A DNA stretch of 64,000 nucleotides from Longimicrobiales bacterium (GTDB lineage: Bacteria > Gemmatimonadota > Gemmatimonadetes > Longimicrobiales > Gaopeijiaceae), in assembly GCA_965248195.1 (NCBI GenBank), contig CBDFIQ010000002.1:576001-640000 (forward strand). Direction: 5' to 3'. The notes beneath the pieces were generated by a model that saw only the letters and a list, made by a program, of their open reading frames with translations, did not search any database and was not told the origin of the DNA. Positions 48,624-57,562 of this stretch are shown here, in pieces. Each line of letters begins with the position of its first letter. The first letter of the stretch is position 1. Made by a program: the position numbers and the translations under genes.

Positions 48624-49445
48624 ATGCTCGATCTCATGATCCCGCCGATCGTGGCCGGCCTGGTGATCCTTTCGATCCACACTTATCTGGGCCTCCACGT
48701 CATCGCCCGGGGGGTGATTTTTGTGGATCTCGCTTTCGCGCAGATCGCCGCGCTCGGTGCCACGGTGGGATTCTTGATGGGCGTAGCACACGGGACGCCG
48801 ACCGCCCTGGCTTTTTCGATGGGCTTTACCCTCGTGGGGGCGCTCATCTTCTCGTTCAGCCGTCTCGAAGAGACCGTCGTTCCCCAGGAGGCCGTGATCG
48901 GCATCACCTTTGTGGTGGCTTCGGCCGCGGTGATTCTGATCGCCGGGTTCACGGCGGAGGGTGCCGAGCACATCGCCGAAACGCTGACCGGGACGTTGAT
49001 CTGGGTCGGGTGGCCAGAAATTATCCGCATGGCCGTGGTCTACGTGATACTCGGCGTGATCTACTTCATCTTCAGGAAGCCCTTCCTGTCGGTATCCCTG
49101 GGAGAAGCCGACGTGCCACGGGCCCGTGGGTGGGATTTTCTCTTCTATGCGCTCTTTGGGATCGTCATCTCGTTCTCGGTGCCGGTCGCCGGGGTGCTCA
49201 TGGTGTTCAGTGCACTCGTCATTCCCGCGGTGGTCGCGTTCCTCTTCACGAGCCGGTTCCGTGTGGCCCTCGGGATCGCGTGGGCCGTCGGTGCGGTCAC
49301 GCTCGTGACCGGCGTTGTGGCGTCTTTCGCCTCGGACATCCCCACCGGTCCTCTTCTCGTATGCATGTTCGGCTTGGCCGTGCTGATCGCCCTGCTGATT
49401 CGATTCGTTACGGGTGTTCGCCCAGGCTCGGTCGTCAAGCCCTAG
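48624..49445 (+). CDS. Metal ABC transporter permease (ZnuB/MntB family)
   Basis: Multi-TM protein; LGLHVIARGVIFVDLAFAQIAALG, EA.IG, GVLMVFS.LVIPA and D.PTG motifs. Confidence 0.88.
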   Translation: MLDLMIPPIVAGLVILSIHTYLGLHVIARGVIFVDLAFAQIAALGATVGFLMGVAHGTPTALAFSMGFTLVGALIFSFSRLEETVVPQEAVIGITFVVASAAVILIAGFTAEGAEHIAETLTGTLIWVGWPEIIRMAVVYVILGVIYFIFRKPFLSVSLGEADVPRARGWDFLFYALFGIVISFSVPVAGVLMVFSALVIPAVVAFLFTSRFRVALGIAWAVGAVTLVTGVVASFASDIPTGPLLVCMFGLAVLIALLIRFVTGVRPGSVVKP

Positions 49446-49482
49446 CCCCAGTCGGATTCACGGGCTTCAGTAAAGGGGGACC

Positions 49483-50292
49483 TCACGTCCGCAGACCATC
49501 GAACAGATCGCTCTCACGCTCCCGCCCGCCGTTCACAGTGCTGAAAACGCGATAGAACGCCTGAGACCCCCAAAGCGCTTCGTGGAGTTCGGGCGGGAGG
49601 TCCTCGAGTTTCTCATAGGCCGAGATCTGTGATGCGTGGCAGGATATTGCTCTCCATACCTGCGGCCACCACCTCCGGGTGTCGATTCGGGTGGTGATCG
49701 CCCAATCCGGCCATGGAGTGGCTTGGCGCTCCACACCATCGACGGTCATTGTGAGCTTCTTGAAGGCGGCCTGGTAGGCGGCCCACTCGGGCGCCGACCA
49801 GCAAAAATAATACAGCTTCGAGAGAGCGTGGGGCGCCCCTTGGCCGGGGAGATACGCCGCGTCCGCCGCCGCGACCGCGGCCGCCGTGGTGAACTGGCAG
49901 ATCGCGATGTGATCCGCGTGGCCGTAGGCGCCCGCCTGATCGAACGTCAACACGACCTGCGGGCGTACGCGCCGCAGATGCTGGACGATCTTACCGATGG
50001 CTTCGGTCGGATCGGCCTGATCCAGGTCCCCGTCCACGTAGTCGAGAAAGCTGACCTCCTCGACCCCGAGGACGTCCGCCGCGTCCAGGAGCTCCTGTTC
50101 CCGGATTCGGCCCATGGCCTCAGGACCGGGGTGCTCGGTGCCGTCATGATACCGGCCGCGCTCACCACGCGTCGCGGTCACGACGTACGTCTTCACTCCC
50201 TCCGAAGCGTATTTGGCCAGGGAGCCTCCCGTCCCCAATGATTCGTCGTCCGGGTGGGCCAGAACGGCCATGAGTTTTAGCGGGCGCGTCAT
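49483..50292 (-). CDS. PIG-L/LmbE family N-acetylglucosaminyl deacetylase
   Basis: AHPDDE, TRGE.G, R..E, YGHADH and HASQ motifs. Confidence 0.92.
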   Translation of the reverse strand: MTRPLKLMAVLAHPDDESLGTGGSLAKYASEGVKTYVVTATRGERGRYHDGTEHPGPEAMGRIREQELLDAADVLGVEEVSFLDYVDGDLDQADPTEAIGKIVQHLRRVRPQVVLTFDQAGAYGHADHIAICQFTTAAAVAAADAAYLPGQGAPHALSKLYYFCWSAPEWAAYQAAFKKLTMTVDGVERQATPWPDWAITTRIDTRRWWPQVWRAISCHASQISAYEKLEDLPPELHEALWGSQAFYRVFSTVNGGRERESDLFDGLRT

Positions 50293-50437
50293 GTTTGCCG
50301 TGGGAAAATTGTCTTCATCGGGCGCCCCGGGGATGAGGCTCCTTAAGTGTTGTGTGTCGCAACTGTCGTGTGCCGCAACCTGACGGGCACTTCAAGCCCA
50401 TGCAAGAAGGCTATTGCAAGAAGGCTATTGAAGGAGA

Positions 50438-50533
50438 GTGACCTACTGGGCAGTTTCGTTCGTCTCGCCGAGCGCGGGATGGGCCGTAGGCCCGGCTAGG
50501 AGGATCACTCACTTGGCCTTTCTGGACCACTGA
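50438..50533 (+). pseudogene. Relic of the 3' end of a BNR/YCF48-like beta-propeller gene
   Basis: Hand translation VTYWAVSFVSPSAGWAVGPARRITHLAFLDH* resembles a terminal YCF48-type blade; an in-frame stop lies just upstream. Confidence 0.4.
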
Positions 50534-50717
50534 TGTTGAGCGAGTAATGACGAGTGAGGTTGAACGACTAAATTAATGGAACTTACGAGCCGGTTCGCGG
50601 GATTAAGAACTCACGCTACGGGCGGTTTGTACGCACGGGAGCCGCCCATGGCAGAGGGTTCTCCCACGGCGACGGGGCCACCCCCGCCGACTACCCGCAC
50701 AACTGGAGAAAGCGACC

Positions 50718-51707
50718 ATGCTGATCCGAAGGCCCGCCGACATTCCGTCGTCCGAGATCACACCCGAGCGCGTCTATATCAATCGCCGTGAGTTCATTGG
50801 GAAGAGCGCGGGGATCGCGCTTGGTGGGGCTACCGGAGGTGCGCTGATCGGCGGTGCCGCAGGGGGCGCGCTGGTGGGCAGGCCCGAAAGGGCGGCGGCT
50901 CAGACGTCGCCGGGTCGCCAGAGAGACTGGAGCAGTGTGCGCTCCGAAATGGGCGAGGAATTGACGCCCTATGAGGACGTGACCTCCTACAACAACTTCT
51001 ACGAGTTCGGGACCCAGAAGGACGACCCGGTCAAAAACGCACATACACTTCAGCCCCGCCCTTGGACGATCGAGGTGGGAGGGATGTGCGCCAACCCGGG
51101 CGTGTACGGGCTGGAGGACTTCATTCGGCCCGGGAGGATGGAGGATCGGGTCTACCGGCTGCGGTGCGTAGAGGCTTGGTCCATGGTGATCCCCTGGTAT
51201 GGCTTCGCGCTCAAAGATGTGATCGATCGGGCGGAGCCGTTGGGAAGCGCTGGTTTCGTAGAGTTCAAGACGCTCCACGATCCCGCGCAGATGCCCGGTC
51301 AACGTGGGAGGGTCCTGGACTGGCCCTATGTAGAGGGCTTGCGCCTGGACGAGGCGCGCCACCCGCTCACCATTTTGGTGACCGGTGTCTACGGTCGGGA
51401 TCTTCCTAATCAGAACGGTGCGCCCATCCGGCTTGTGATACCGTGGAAATATGGGTTCAAGGGCATCAAGTCCATCGTGAGCATGACGTTCACGGAGCAG
51501 ATGCCGTGGAACTCGTGGAATAGGGCTGCGTCGAACGAGTATGGCTTTTACGCCAACGTGAACCCGGAGGTCAACCACCCGCGGTGGAGCCAGGCGCGGG
51601 AGCGGCGGCTCGGTGAGTTCCGCAGACGTGAGACGCTGTTGTTCAACGGGTACCTCGATCAGGTGGCGGGTCTTTACGCCGGGCTGGATCTCCGAGTCAA
51701 CTACTGA
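50718..51707 (+). CDS. msrP: Protein-methionine-sulfoxide reductase catalytic subunit
   Basis: SEITPE..Y.NRREF Tat signal; YNNFYEFG, RLRCVEAWSMVIPW, QNGAPIRL..PWKYGFK and EYGFYANVNP.V.HPRWSQA motifs. Confidence 0.95.
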   Translation: MLIRRPADIPSSEITPERVYINRREFIGKSAGIALGGATGGALIGGAAGGALVGRPERAAAQTSPGRQRDWSSVRSEMGEELTPYEDVTSYNNFYEFGTQKDDPVKNAHTLQPRPWTIEVGGMCANPGVYGLEDFIRPGRMEDRVYRLRCVEAWSMVIPWYGFALKDVIDRAEPLGSAGFVEFKTLHDPAQMPGQRGRVLDWPYVEGLRLDEARHPLTILVTGVYGRDLPNQNGAPIRLVIPWKYGFKGIKSIVSMTFTEQMPWNSWNRAASNEYGFYANVNPEVNHPRWSQARERRLGEFRRRETLLFNGYLDQVAGLYAGLDLRVNY

Positions 51708-51721
51708 GCGGACCGAGCGGG

Positions 51722-52405
51722 ATGGGGTTGAGGCGTCGCCGCCTCCTACTCAAGGGGCTGGTCTGGCTCCTGGGGCTTGCGCCCGCCGTGTGGCTCCTGT
51801 GGCTCGGGTTCACGGACCGCCTCGGGGCCAACCCGATCGAGGAGGTACTGCACCGGATAGGCGACACCGCCTTGATCCTCCTCTTGGTTACGCTGTCCAT
51901 CACCCCCATTCGGCGCCTCACCGGCTGGAATAGCCTCGCTCCGCTCCGGCGCCCGGTCGGGCTCTTCGCGTTCTTCTACCTGACGATGCACTTCCTTTGG
52001 TATGCCGTCGTGGATCAGACGCTCGACCTCGAGTTCATCATCGAAGACATAATGGAGCGCCCGTATATTCTGGCTGGATTCACGGCTTGGTTGCTGCTGA
52101 TCCCCCTGGCCCTCACTTCGACCAAAGGATGGATCCGGAGACTCAGAAAGAACTGGCAAAGGCTCCATCGTTTGGTGTACGTGGCGACCAGTTTGGGCGT
52201 GCTGCATTTCTTCTGGCAGGTGAAGGCGGATACGTATTGGCCGGTCGTGGCTACGACCGTGTTGGTTGTCCTGATGCTCCTTCGTATTCGGCGGCGGCCG
52301 GTCTCAACAAGGCATCCGCTGCCCGAGGTCGATCCCCGAGGTCGATCCCCGAGGTCGATCCCCGAGGTCGATCAGAGCGCCCGCCCGGCCTTCAGACGCA
52401 GGTGA
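51722..52405 (+). CDS. msrQ: Protein-methionine-sulfoxide reductase heme-binding subunit
   Basis: LGANPIE, TL.ITP, RR.VGL.AF.Y..MH and W..LHRLVY......H motifs; adjacent to msrP. Confidence 0.93.
   Translation: MGLRRRRLLLKGLVWLLGLAPAVWLLWLGFTDRLGANPIEEVLHRIGDTALILLLVTLSITPIRRLTGWNSLAPLRRPVGLFAFFYLTMHFLWYAVVDQTLDLEFIIEDIMERPYILAGFTAWLLLIPLALTSTKGWIRRLRKNWQRLHRLVYVATSLGVLHFFWQVKADTYWPVVATTVLVVLMLLRIRRRPVSTRHPLPEVDPRGRSPRSIPEVDQSARPAFRRR
52322..52373. repeat. Exact 13-bp tandem repeat, 4 copies, in the msrQ 3' end
   Basis: cccgaggtcgatc x4. Confidence 0.95.
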
Positions 52406-52415
52406 GAGTGATCGC

Positions 52416-53933
52416 ATGAATCCACTCGAACGGTACCGGGCGATCATCCCCGATTGGGAGCGGTTTCAAGAAACCATGCTTCGTCGCGATCCGCCCACGC
52501 TCCGGGTTCGGACGGGACGGATCTCAACGGTGAGCCTCAAAGACCGGCTCCAGGCCCAGGGTTTCGTCCTCTCCGAGGTGGAGGGGTTGCCGGATTTCTT
52601 GCGTGTGATCGATGGCCCCCATGCTGTGGCCGACACGCTCGAGAACTGGCTGGGCCTTTTCTACATCCAGCAAGCCTCCACGGGGGTGGCCGCGCCCCTA
52701 CTCGGCCCGCGTCCCGGTGAGCGGGTGCTGGATCTTTGTGCGGCCCCGGGGGGGAAGACCACCCACGCTGCCGACCTCATGCAGGACCGCGGCTGCATCG
52801 TGGCCGTCGACCGGAACGAAGACCGCATACGGGCGCTCCTCGGCAATATGTACCGCACGGCCCACCCGAACGTACTCGTGGTGGCCGGCGACGGCAGGTC
52901 GCTGCCGGACGGGGCGCTCTTCGACCGGGTGCTGGTGGATGCCCCATGTTCGGCCGAAGGGACGCTCCGCAGAAAACGCGGGAAGGCGAGAGGGCAGACG
53001 GCCAAGTTCCACAAGCAGGCGCCCCGGCGGCAGGAGGCGCTGCTCCGGCGAGCCATCGACCTTACCCGGCCCGGCGGCGCGGTACTCTACTCCACCTGCA
53101 CATTCGCCCCCGAAGAGAACGAGGCCGTCGTCGATCGTGTACTGAAGGACGCTCCCGTCACCCTCGATCCGATCACGATCGAGGTTCCCCATGCCCCCGG
53201 GCTGACCTCCTTCGAGGATCAGACGTTCGACGCGAGTCTCGAGGGTGCCTGCCGGATCTACCCTCACCACTTCGATTCGGGGGGACTGTTCCTGGCACGT
53301 CTCACGCGGCTCGGCGGGGACCAACCCGCCGGCTCCGTCGTGGACGATGCGGTGGGCTTGTCCGGGTGGAGTCCGGTCCCGACCGCCTTTCCCGACGCGC
53401 GCACGGATCCCGAGGCCGCGGCTGAAACGATCGAGGCCGCCTTCGATCGGCTGGAATCGTTGTTCGGGATCGGAGCGGACGTTCGGAGCGACTTCGGGTG
53501 GATCGTGAGAGGCGAGGATCTTTGGGCGCATCGCTGCGGAACCTGGCCCTTGGGAAGCTGGGGCGAGAGTGACCGCTGGCGGGTGGTCTCGGTCGGTCTG
53601 CGGGCGATGGTGCCGGATTACCGGAATCGGCCGCGGCCCACCAACGATCTCTTTCGGCTCCTTGAGACGGCGATTCTGCCCAAACTGATCTCGCTCTCGG
53701 TGGATGAGTGGGCGAAGCTCCTGAACGGTGAGGACGTCCCGGTCCCGGGCGTCGAATCCGGGTTCGTGCCGTTGGGAATCCAAGGGCAGGTCGCAGGCCG
53801 GGGCCTCGTGCGGGGAGAAACCGTACGCCACGAAATTCCCAAGGTGCAGGCGCGCTGGCTGGCGAGAATCCTGGAGCTGATTTCGAGTCCCGCTGCGTCG
53901 GGCGTCAAAGACAGTTCAGCCGGGAACCCGTAG
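52416..53933 (+). CDS. RsmB/NOP (RsmF-like) RNA cytosine-C5 methyltransferase
   Basis: VLDLCAAPGGKT, FDRVLVDAPCS and YSTCT...ENE motifs. Confidence 0.92.
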   Translation: MNPLERYRAIIPDWERFQETMLRRDPPTLRVRTGRISTVSLKDRLQAQGFVLSEVEGLPDFLRVIDGPHAVADTLENWLGLFYIQQASTGVAAPLLGPRPGERVLDLCAAPGGKTTHAADLMQDRGCIVAVDRNEDRIRALLGNMYRTAHPNVLVVAGDGRSLPDGALFDRVLVDAPCSAEGTLRRKRGKARGQTAKFHKQAPRRQEALLRRAIDLTRPGGAVLYSTCTFAPEENEAVVDRVLKDAPVTLDPITIEVPHAPGLTSFEDQTFDASLEGACRIYPHHFDSGGLFLARLTRLGGDQPAGSVVDDAVGLSGWSPVPTAFPDARTDPEAAAETIEAAFDRLESLFGIGADVRSDFGWIVRGEDLWAHRCGTWPLGSWGESDRWRVVSVGLRAMVPDYRNRPRPTNDLFRLLETAILPKLISLSVDEWAKLLNGEDVPVPGVESGFVPLGIQGQVAGRGLVRGETVRHEIPKVQARWLARILELISSPAASGVKDSSAGNP

Positions 53934-53975
53934 AAAATACTCCGCTCAGCCGGGAACCCGTAGAAAATACTCCGC
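53916..53975. repeat. Exact 30-bp tandem duplication at a convergent gene junction
   Basis: tcagccgggaacccgtagaaaatactccgc x2. Confidence 0.95.
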
Positions 53976-54335
53976 GACGAAACGGGCGTCACACGGGGCG
54001 AGGCTGAGCGTCGGTAGCGAGTCGAGCTCGACCCAACTGATCTCTGTATGCTCGGTCGGCTCGGGCTTACCACGGATGCCAACATCGAAAAACCGAACCA
54101 GGAATGGCGATCCGGGGTCTCGACACTCGTACACGACCCTCCCGACCGACGTCGTCTCGACCCCGAACTCCTCCAGGAGCTCACGTGTCACCGCGTCGAC
54201 CTCCGTCTCCCCCTCGTCGATCTTTCCCCCGGGAAACTCCCACAAGCCCCCGTGACGTTTATGGTCGGGCCTCCGGCCCAACAGAACCTTGTTCTCCCTC
54301 CGGATGATCGCTGCGACGACGGAAATCTGAGTCAT
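53946..54335 (-). CDS. NUDIX hydrolase, MutT/NudG-like
   Basis: WEFPGGKIDEGETEVDAVTRELLEEFG Nudix box; start MTQISVVAA. Confidence 0.9.
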   Translation of the reverse strand: MTQISVVAAIIRRENKVLLGRRPDHKRHGGLWEFPGGKIDEGETEVDAVTRELLEEFGVETTSVGRVVYECRDPGSPFLVRFFDVGIRGKPEPTEHTEISWVELDSLPTLSLAPCDARFVAEYFLRVPG

Positions 54336-54496
54336 GCCACAGGGTAACTTTTGGTGACAGCCGTAGCGACCGGTTTGGCCGATCTGCTCCATCCTGAGAA
54401 ATGTCTTGGGTGCCGCGGGAGGCCGTCCATAATTTGGATCATGGATACGGTCTCGATCGTACTTGGCCGGCCTACACACTTTTCCCGAGGTGACTT

Positions 54497-55696
54497 GTGT
54501 TTGATTTATCCCCCCGGTGCTCTGTTTGGGCAAAGCAGGTGGCCGCCTGCTTTACGCTCTTCCTCCTATCATCGCCCGCCGATGCAGGGGCTCAGGGAAC
54601 GTCGGTACTCACCCTCCTCAGCACCGATGGACGGGAACTGGAGATCGGTGACGAGGTCGGAGGCGCGCTTTCTGCGTCGGACTTCGTCACGGCGAATGAG
54701 AACTATGTAGAGGCGTGGGCCTTGGAGGGAGAACCCGGGCAGGAGGTTTGGATTGATCTCGTATCTGACGACTTCGATAGTTATCTGTACGTGGTGGGTC
54801 CGGGTTTCGGGGAGACCCTTACGGACGACGACAGCGGTGGTGCCTGTCACGCGCGAATCAACTTTACGTTCCTTGATCGGGGTGTGTTTCGTGTGGTCGC
54901 GAGCTCCACCTCGGGGCGGCAGAGCGGCACTTATCGACTCCGGGTGTCAAGGGATCCCCGTCCCGCGGCGGAGATCTCCTGTGGCGGGGTCGATGGGTCT
55001 GCGCTGGTTGCGCTGCCGACCGACGGGGGAGAGTTGACCTGGGGCGAGCAGGCACGGGGACGCCTATCCGGCATCGAGGCTATGCTCGGGGACGGCAAGC
55101 CGGTTCAGGTTTGGACTTTGGAGGCCCTTGCGGGCGAGAGGGCTACGATTCGGCTCGAGTCCGACGACTTCGACGCATATCTCTTCGTCTACGGTCCCGG
55201 TATGGGTGAGGCCATGACCGACGACGACAGCGGTGGAGACTTGAACTCCGAGCTGACGCTTCGGTTTCCCGAGACCGGCACGTACAGGATAGGTGCGGGG
55301 GCGCTGAGCCTGGGGTCGACCGGGTCGTACTCCTTGAGCGTCGTGGATCCGATCGATATGAACGAGCTCGCCACCGATGGCCGGATACTTCGGAGAGGAT
55401 CGCCCCCCATGGGGAGGCTCACGGGGGCGGATCCGGTAATCGACGGCAAGCCTGTGCAAGCGTGGGCCTTTGAGGCTCGCGCTGGGGGTTTCGTGACGAT
55501 CGACCTGATGTCGGACGACTTCGACAGCTACCTGTACGTTGTCGGCCCGGGTCTGCCGGACCCGCTGACGGACGACGACGGCGGGGAGGGTTTGAACTCC
55601 CGTCTCGACGTCTCCTTCCCGTACGACGGCGTGTACCGAGTGGTCGCTTCGTCCCTCGGAGGAACACTGGGCACGTTCACTCTACGTGTGCGCTGA
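54497..55696 (+). CDS. Exported protein of three tandem PPC (pre-peptidase C-terminal)-like domains
   Basis: Three repeats of W..E...G....I.L.SDDFD.YL.V.GPG.....TDDD.G.....R....F...G.YR. Confidence 0.8.
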   Translation: MFDLSPRCSVWAKQVAACFTLFLLSSPADAGAQGTSVLTLLSTDGRELEIGDEVGGALSASDFVTANENYVEAWALEGEPGQEVWIDLVSDDFDSYLYVVGPGFGETLTDDDSGGACHARINFTFLDRGVFRVVASSTSGRQSGTYRLRVSRDPRPAAEISCGGVDGSALVALPTDGGELTWGEQARGRLSGIEAMLGDGKPVQVWTLEALAGERATIRLESDDFDAYLFVYGPGMGEAMTDDDSGGDLNSELTLRFPETGTYRIGAGALSLGSTGSYSLSVVDPIDMNELATDGRILRRGSPPMGRLTGADPVIDGKPVQAWAFEARAGGFVTIDLMSDDFDSYLYVVGPGLPDPLTDDDGGEGLNSRLDVSFPYDGVYRVVASSLGGTLGTFTLRVR

Positions 55697-55774
55697 CGTG
55701 AGCGCCGAGAGCCATCGTCGAGAGCCGATAACGTGGACGGTAGCCGCGAAGGAGTCCCCCTAACTTCGATTCGA

Positions 55775-57403
55775 CTATTGAATGATCGGCCTCTCCCTCA
55801 CCGTGGGATACTCGATGCCGAGCTGCTCCAGATACGTGTCGAATCGCGTAGGGTCGTAGTAGTAGGGCTCCATCAGGGGCCGGTACCTCTGCATGATCGC
55901 CTCGTTGAGGAAGATGGCCGGTTCGTCCGTGTCCGAGATGAAGGGGATGTATTCCTGTTCAGGGGTCTGGACGTCGTTGAAGTATGACCATGCATCTTCC
56001 ACGAGCTCGGGCCTGAGGAGAAGATCCAACAGGGTGAGCGCCTGTACCTTCGCACCCGCCAACGTGCCCTTGTGCGCGATTGGCGTGGCCATCGTGATGC
56101 CATTGGCCCAGTTGTGCCCGGGGCCACCGGGTATGTTGGCGGGATAACGCAGCGTCACCGTCGGCATGTTCCAGGAGACGTCGCCGATGTCGTCCGAGCC
56201 GCCCCCCAACGAGCGCGAGAGGTCGACGGGTCCCCGGAGCTCGGGGATCGAGTCCGGCAACCCCTGCTCCTCCTGACCCAACTCACGCTGGAGTCCGTTG
56301 GCCAGAGTCTGGTCGTCTTCGGACCAATCGGGCAAGCCCACGCGCTGAATGTTCTCGTGCGTGGCCTCGGCCACAGGCTTGTTGAAGTGGCGGCTCCAGG
56401 CCGAGCCCACGATCTGAATCGTGTCGATCTCCGTACCCGTCATGAGGGCGGCGCCCTCCGCCATGAGGATCGCGGCGTCGTATTGCTCCTTGGTCAGCGC
56501 GTAGTCGCGTTCTCTGAAGAAAAACCAGATCGTAGCCTGCTGAGGAACGACGTTGGGCTGGTCTCCGCCTTCGACAATGATGTAGTGCGAGCGTGCGGCT
56601 GGTCGGAGATGCTCCCGCTTGAACTCCCACGCCTGCGCCATCAACATCACCGCATCCAGCGCCGACCGTCCCCGCCAGGGTGAGCCGGCGGAGTGTGCGG
56701 TCTCCCCGGTAAAGCTGAATTGTGCCGAGATGAGTGCGTTGCCGCTGCTCTGGCCCCACGCCATGCTGAAGTTCGAATCGACGTGGGTGAACAGGTTGAC
56801 GTCAACGCCCTCGAAGACACCATCGCGCACGAAGAAGGCCTTGGACCCCAGTTGCTCCTCGGCGATGCCCGGCCAAATGAGCAGGGTGCCCGAGAGGCTC
56901 TCTCGCTCCATGATCTCCTTCACCGCCAGGGCGGCGACGATGTTTACCGCCTGCCCCGAGTTATGTCCCTCCCCGTGCCCCGGAGCCATGGAGAGGATCG
57001 GCTCGCGGTACCCCACGCCCGGCTTTTGATTGGACTGGGGAATACCATCGACGTCCGATCCCAAGGCGATCACCGGGCGGCCCGAGCCCCACCTCGCGGT
57101 CCACGCGCTCGGCATTCCGGCGACCCCCAACTCGATCTCGAAGCCATTGTCCTCCAGCAGTCCGGTCAGGTACCGCTGGGTCTCGAACTCCTGAAAGCCG
57201 AGTTCGCCGAACGAAAACAGTTGGTCGACGATTTGCTGCACCATTTTCGCGCGGCCCTCGACCGACTCCAGCGCCTCGACTTTCATAGCCTCGAGGCGCG
57301 GGTCCGCGTCCTGGATTGTCGCGGCGGCTGCGGCGAGGGGTATGCATGCAAGGGACGCCAGCGTGGCGGCGAAGGATCGTAGCGGAAAGCGGCACATCTT
57401 CAT
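55775..57403 (-). CDS. M20 family amidohydrolase (AbgB-like) with signal peptide
   Basis: ELGFQEF, GHGEGHN, AEE, FTH, AHSA..PW.GRSALDA and GSDD.GDVSW motifs. Confidence 0.9.
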   Translation of the reverse strand: MKMCRFPLRSFAATLASLACIPLAAAAATIQDADPRLEAMKVEALESVEGRAKMVQQIVDQLFSFGELGFQEFETQRYLTGLLEDNGFEIELGVAGMPSAWTARWGSGRPVIALGSDVDGIPQSNQKPGVGYREPILSMAPGHGEGHNSGQAVNIVAALAVKEIMERESLSGTLLIWPGIAEEQLGSKAFFVRDGVFEGVDVNLFTHVDSNFSMAWGQSSGNALISAQFSFTGETAHSAGSPWRGRSALDAVMLMAQAWEFKREHLRPAARSHYIIVEGGDQPNVVPQQATIWFFFRERDYALTKEQYDAAILMAEGAALMTGTEIDTIQIVGSAWSRHFNKPVAEATHENIQRVGLPDWSEDDQTLANGLQRELGQEEQGLPDSIPELRGPVDLSRSLGGGSDDIGDVSWNMPTVTLRYPANIPGGPGHNWANGITMATPIAHKGTLAGAKVQALTLLDLLLRPELVEDAWSYFNDVQTPEQEYIPFISDTDEPAIFLNEAIMQRYRPLMEPYYYDPTRFDTYLEQLGIEYPTVRERPIIQ

Positions 57404-57562
57404 TCTCCATCAAGAGCGTTCTGGGTCTGGTAGCTCGGGGACCCGCCTCGGAAAAGCCTGAGGCGTAGGTCGACGCTCCGGGCAGGATGGGCCGGAAGGT
57501 CGTGTCCCGCAACCTGACACGCCGCTGAACCTGATGCGTCGCTGAAGTAGGCGGGCTGTGTG

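Noticed and set aside
52322..52373. Possible CRISPR array (also 33406-33453, 29998-30047, 6234-6293)
   Set aside because: The units are directly adjacent with no unique spacers, most are too short, and no cas genes are present.
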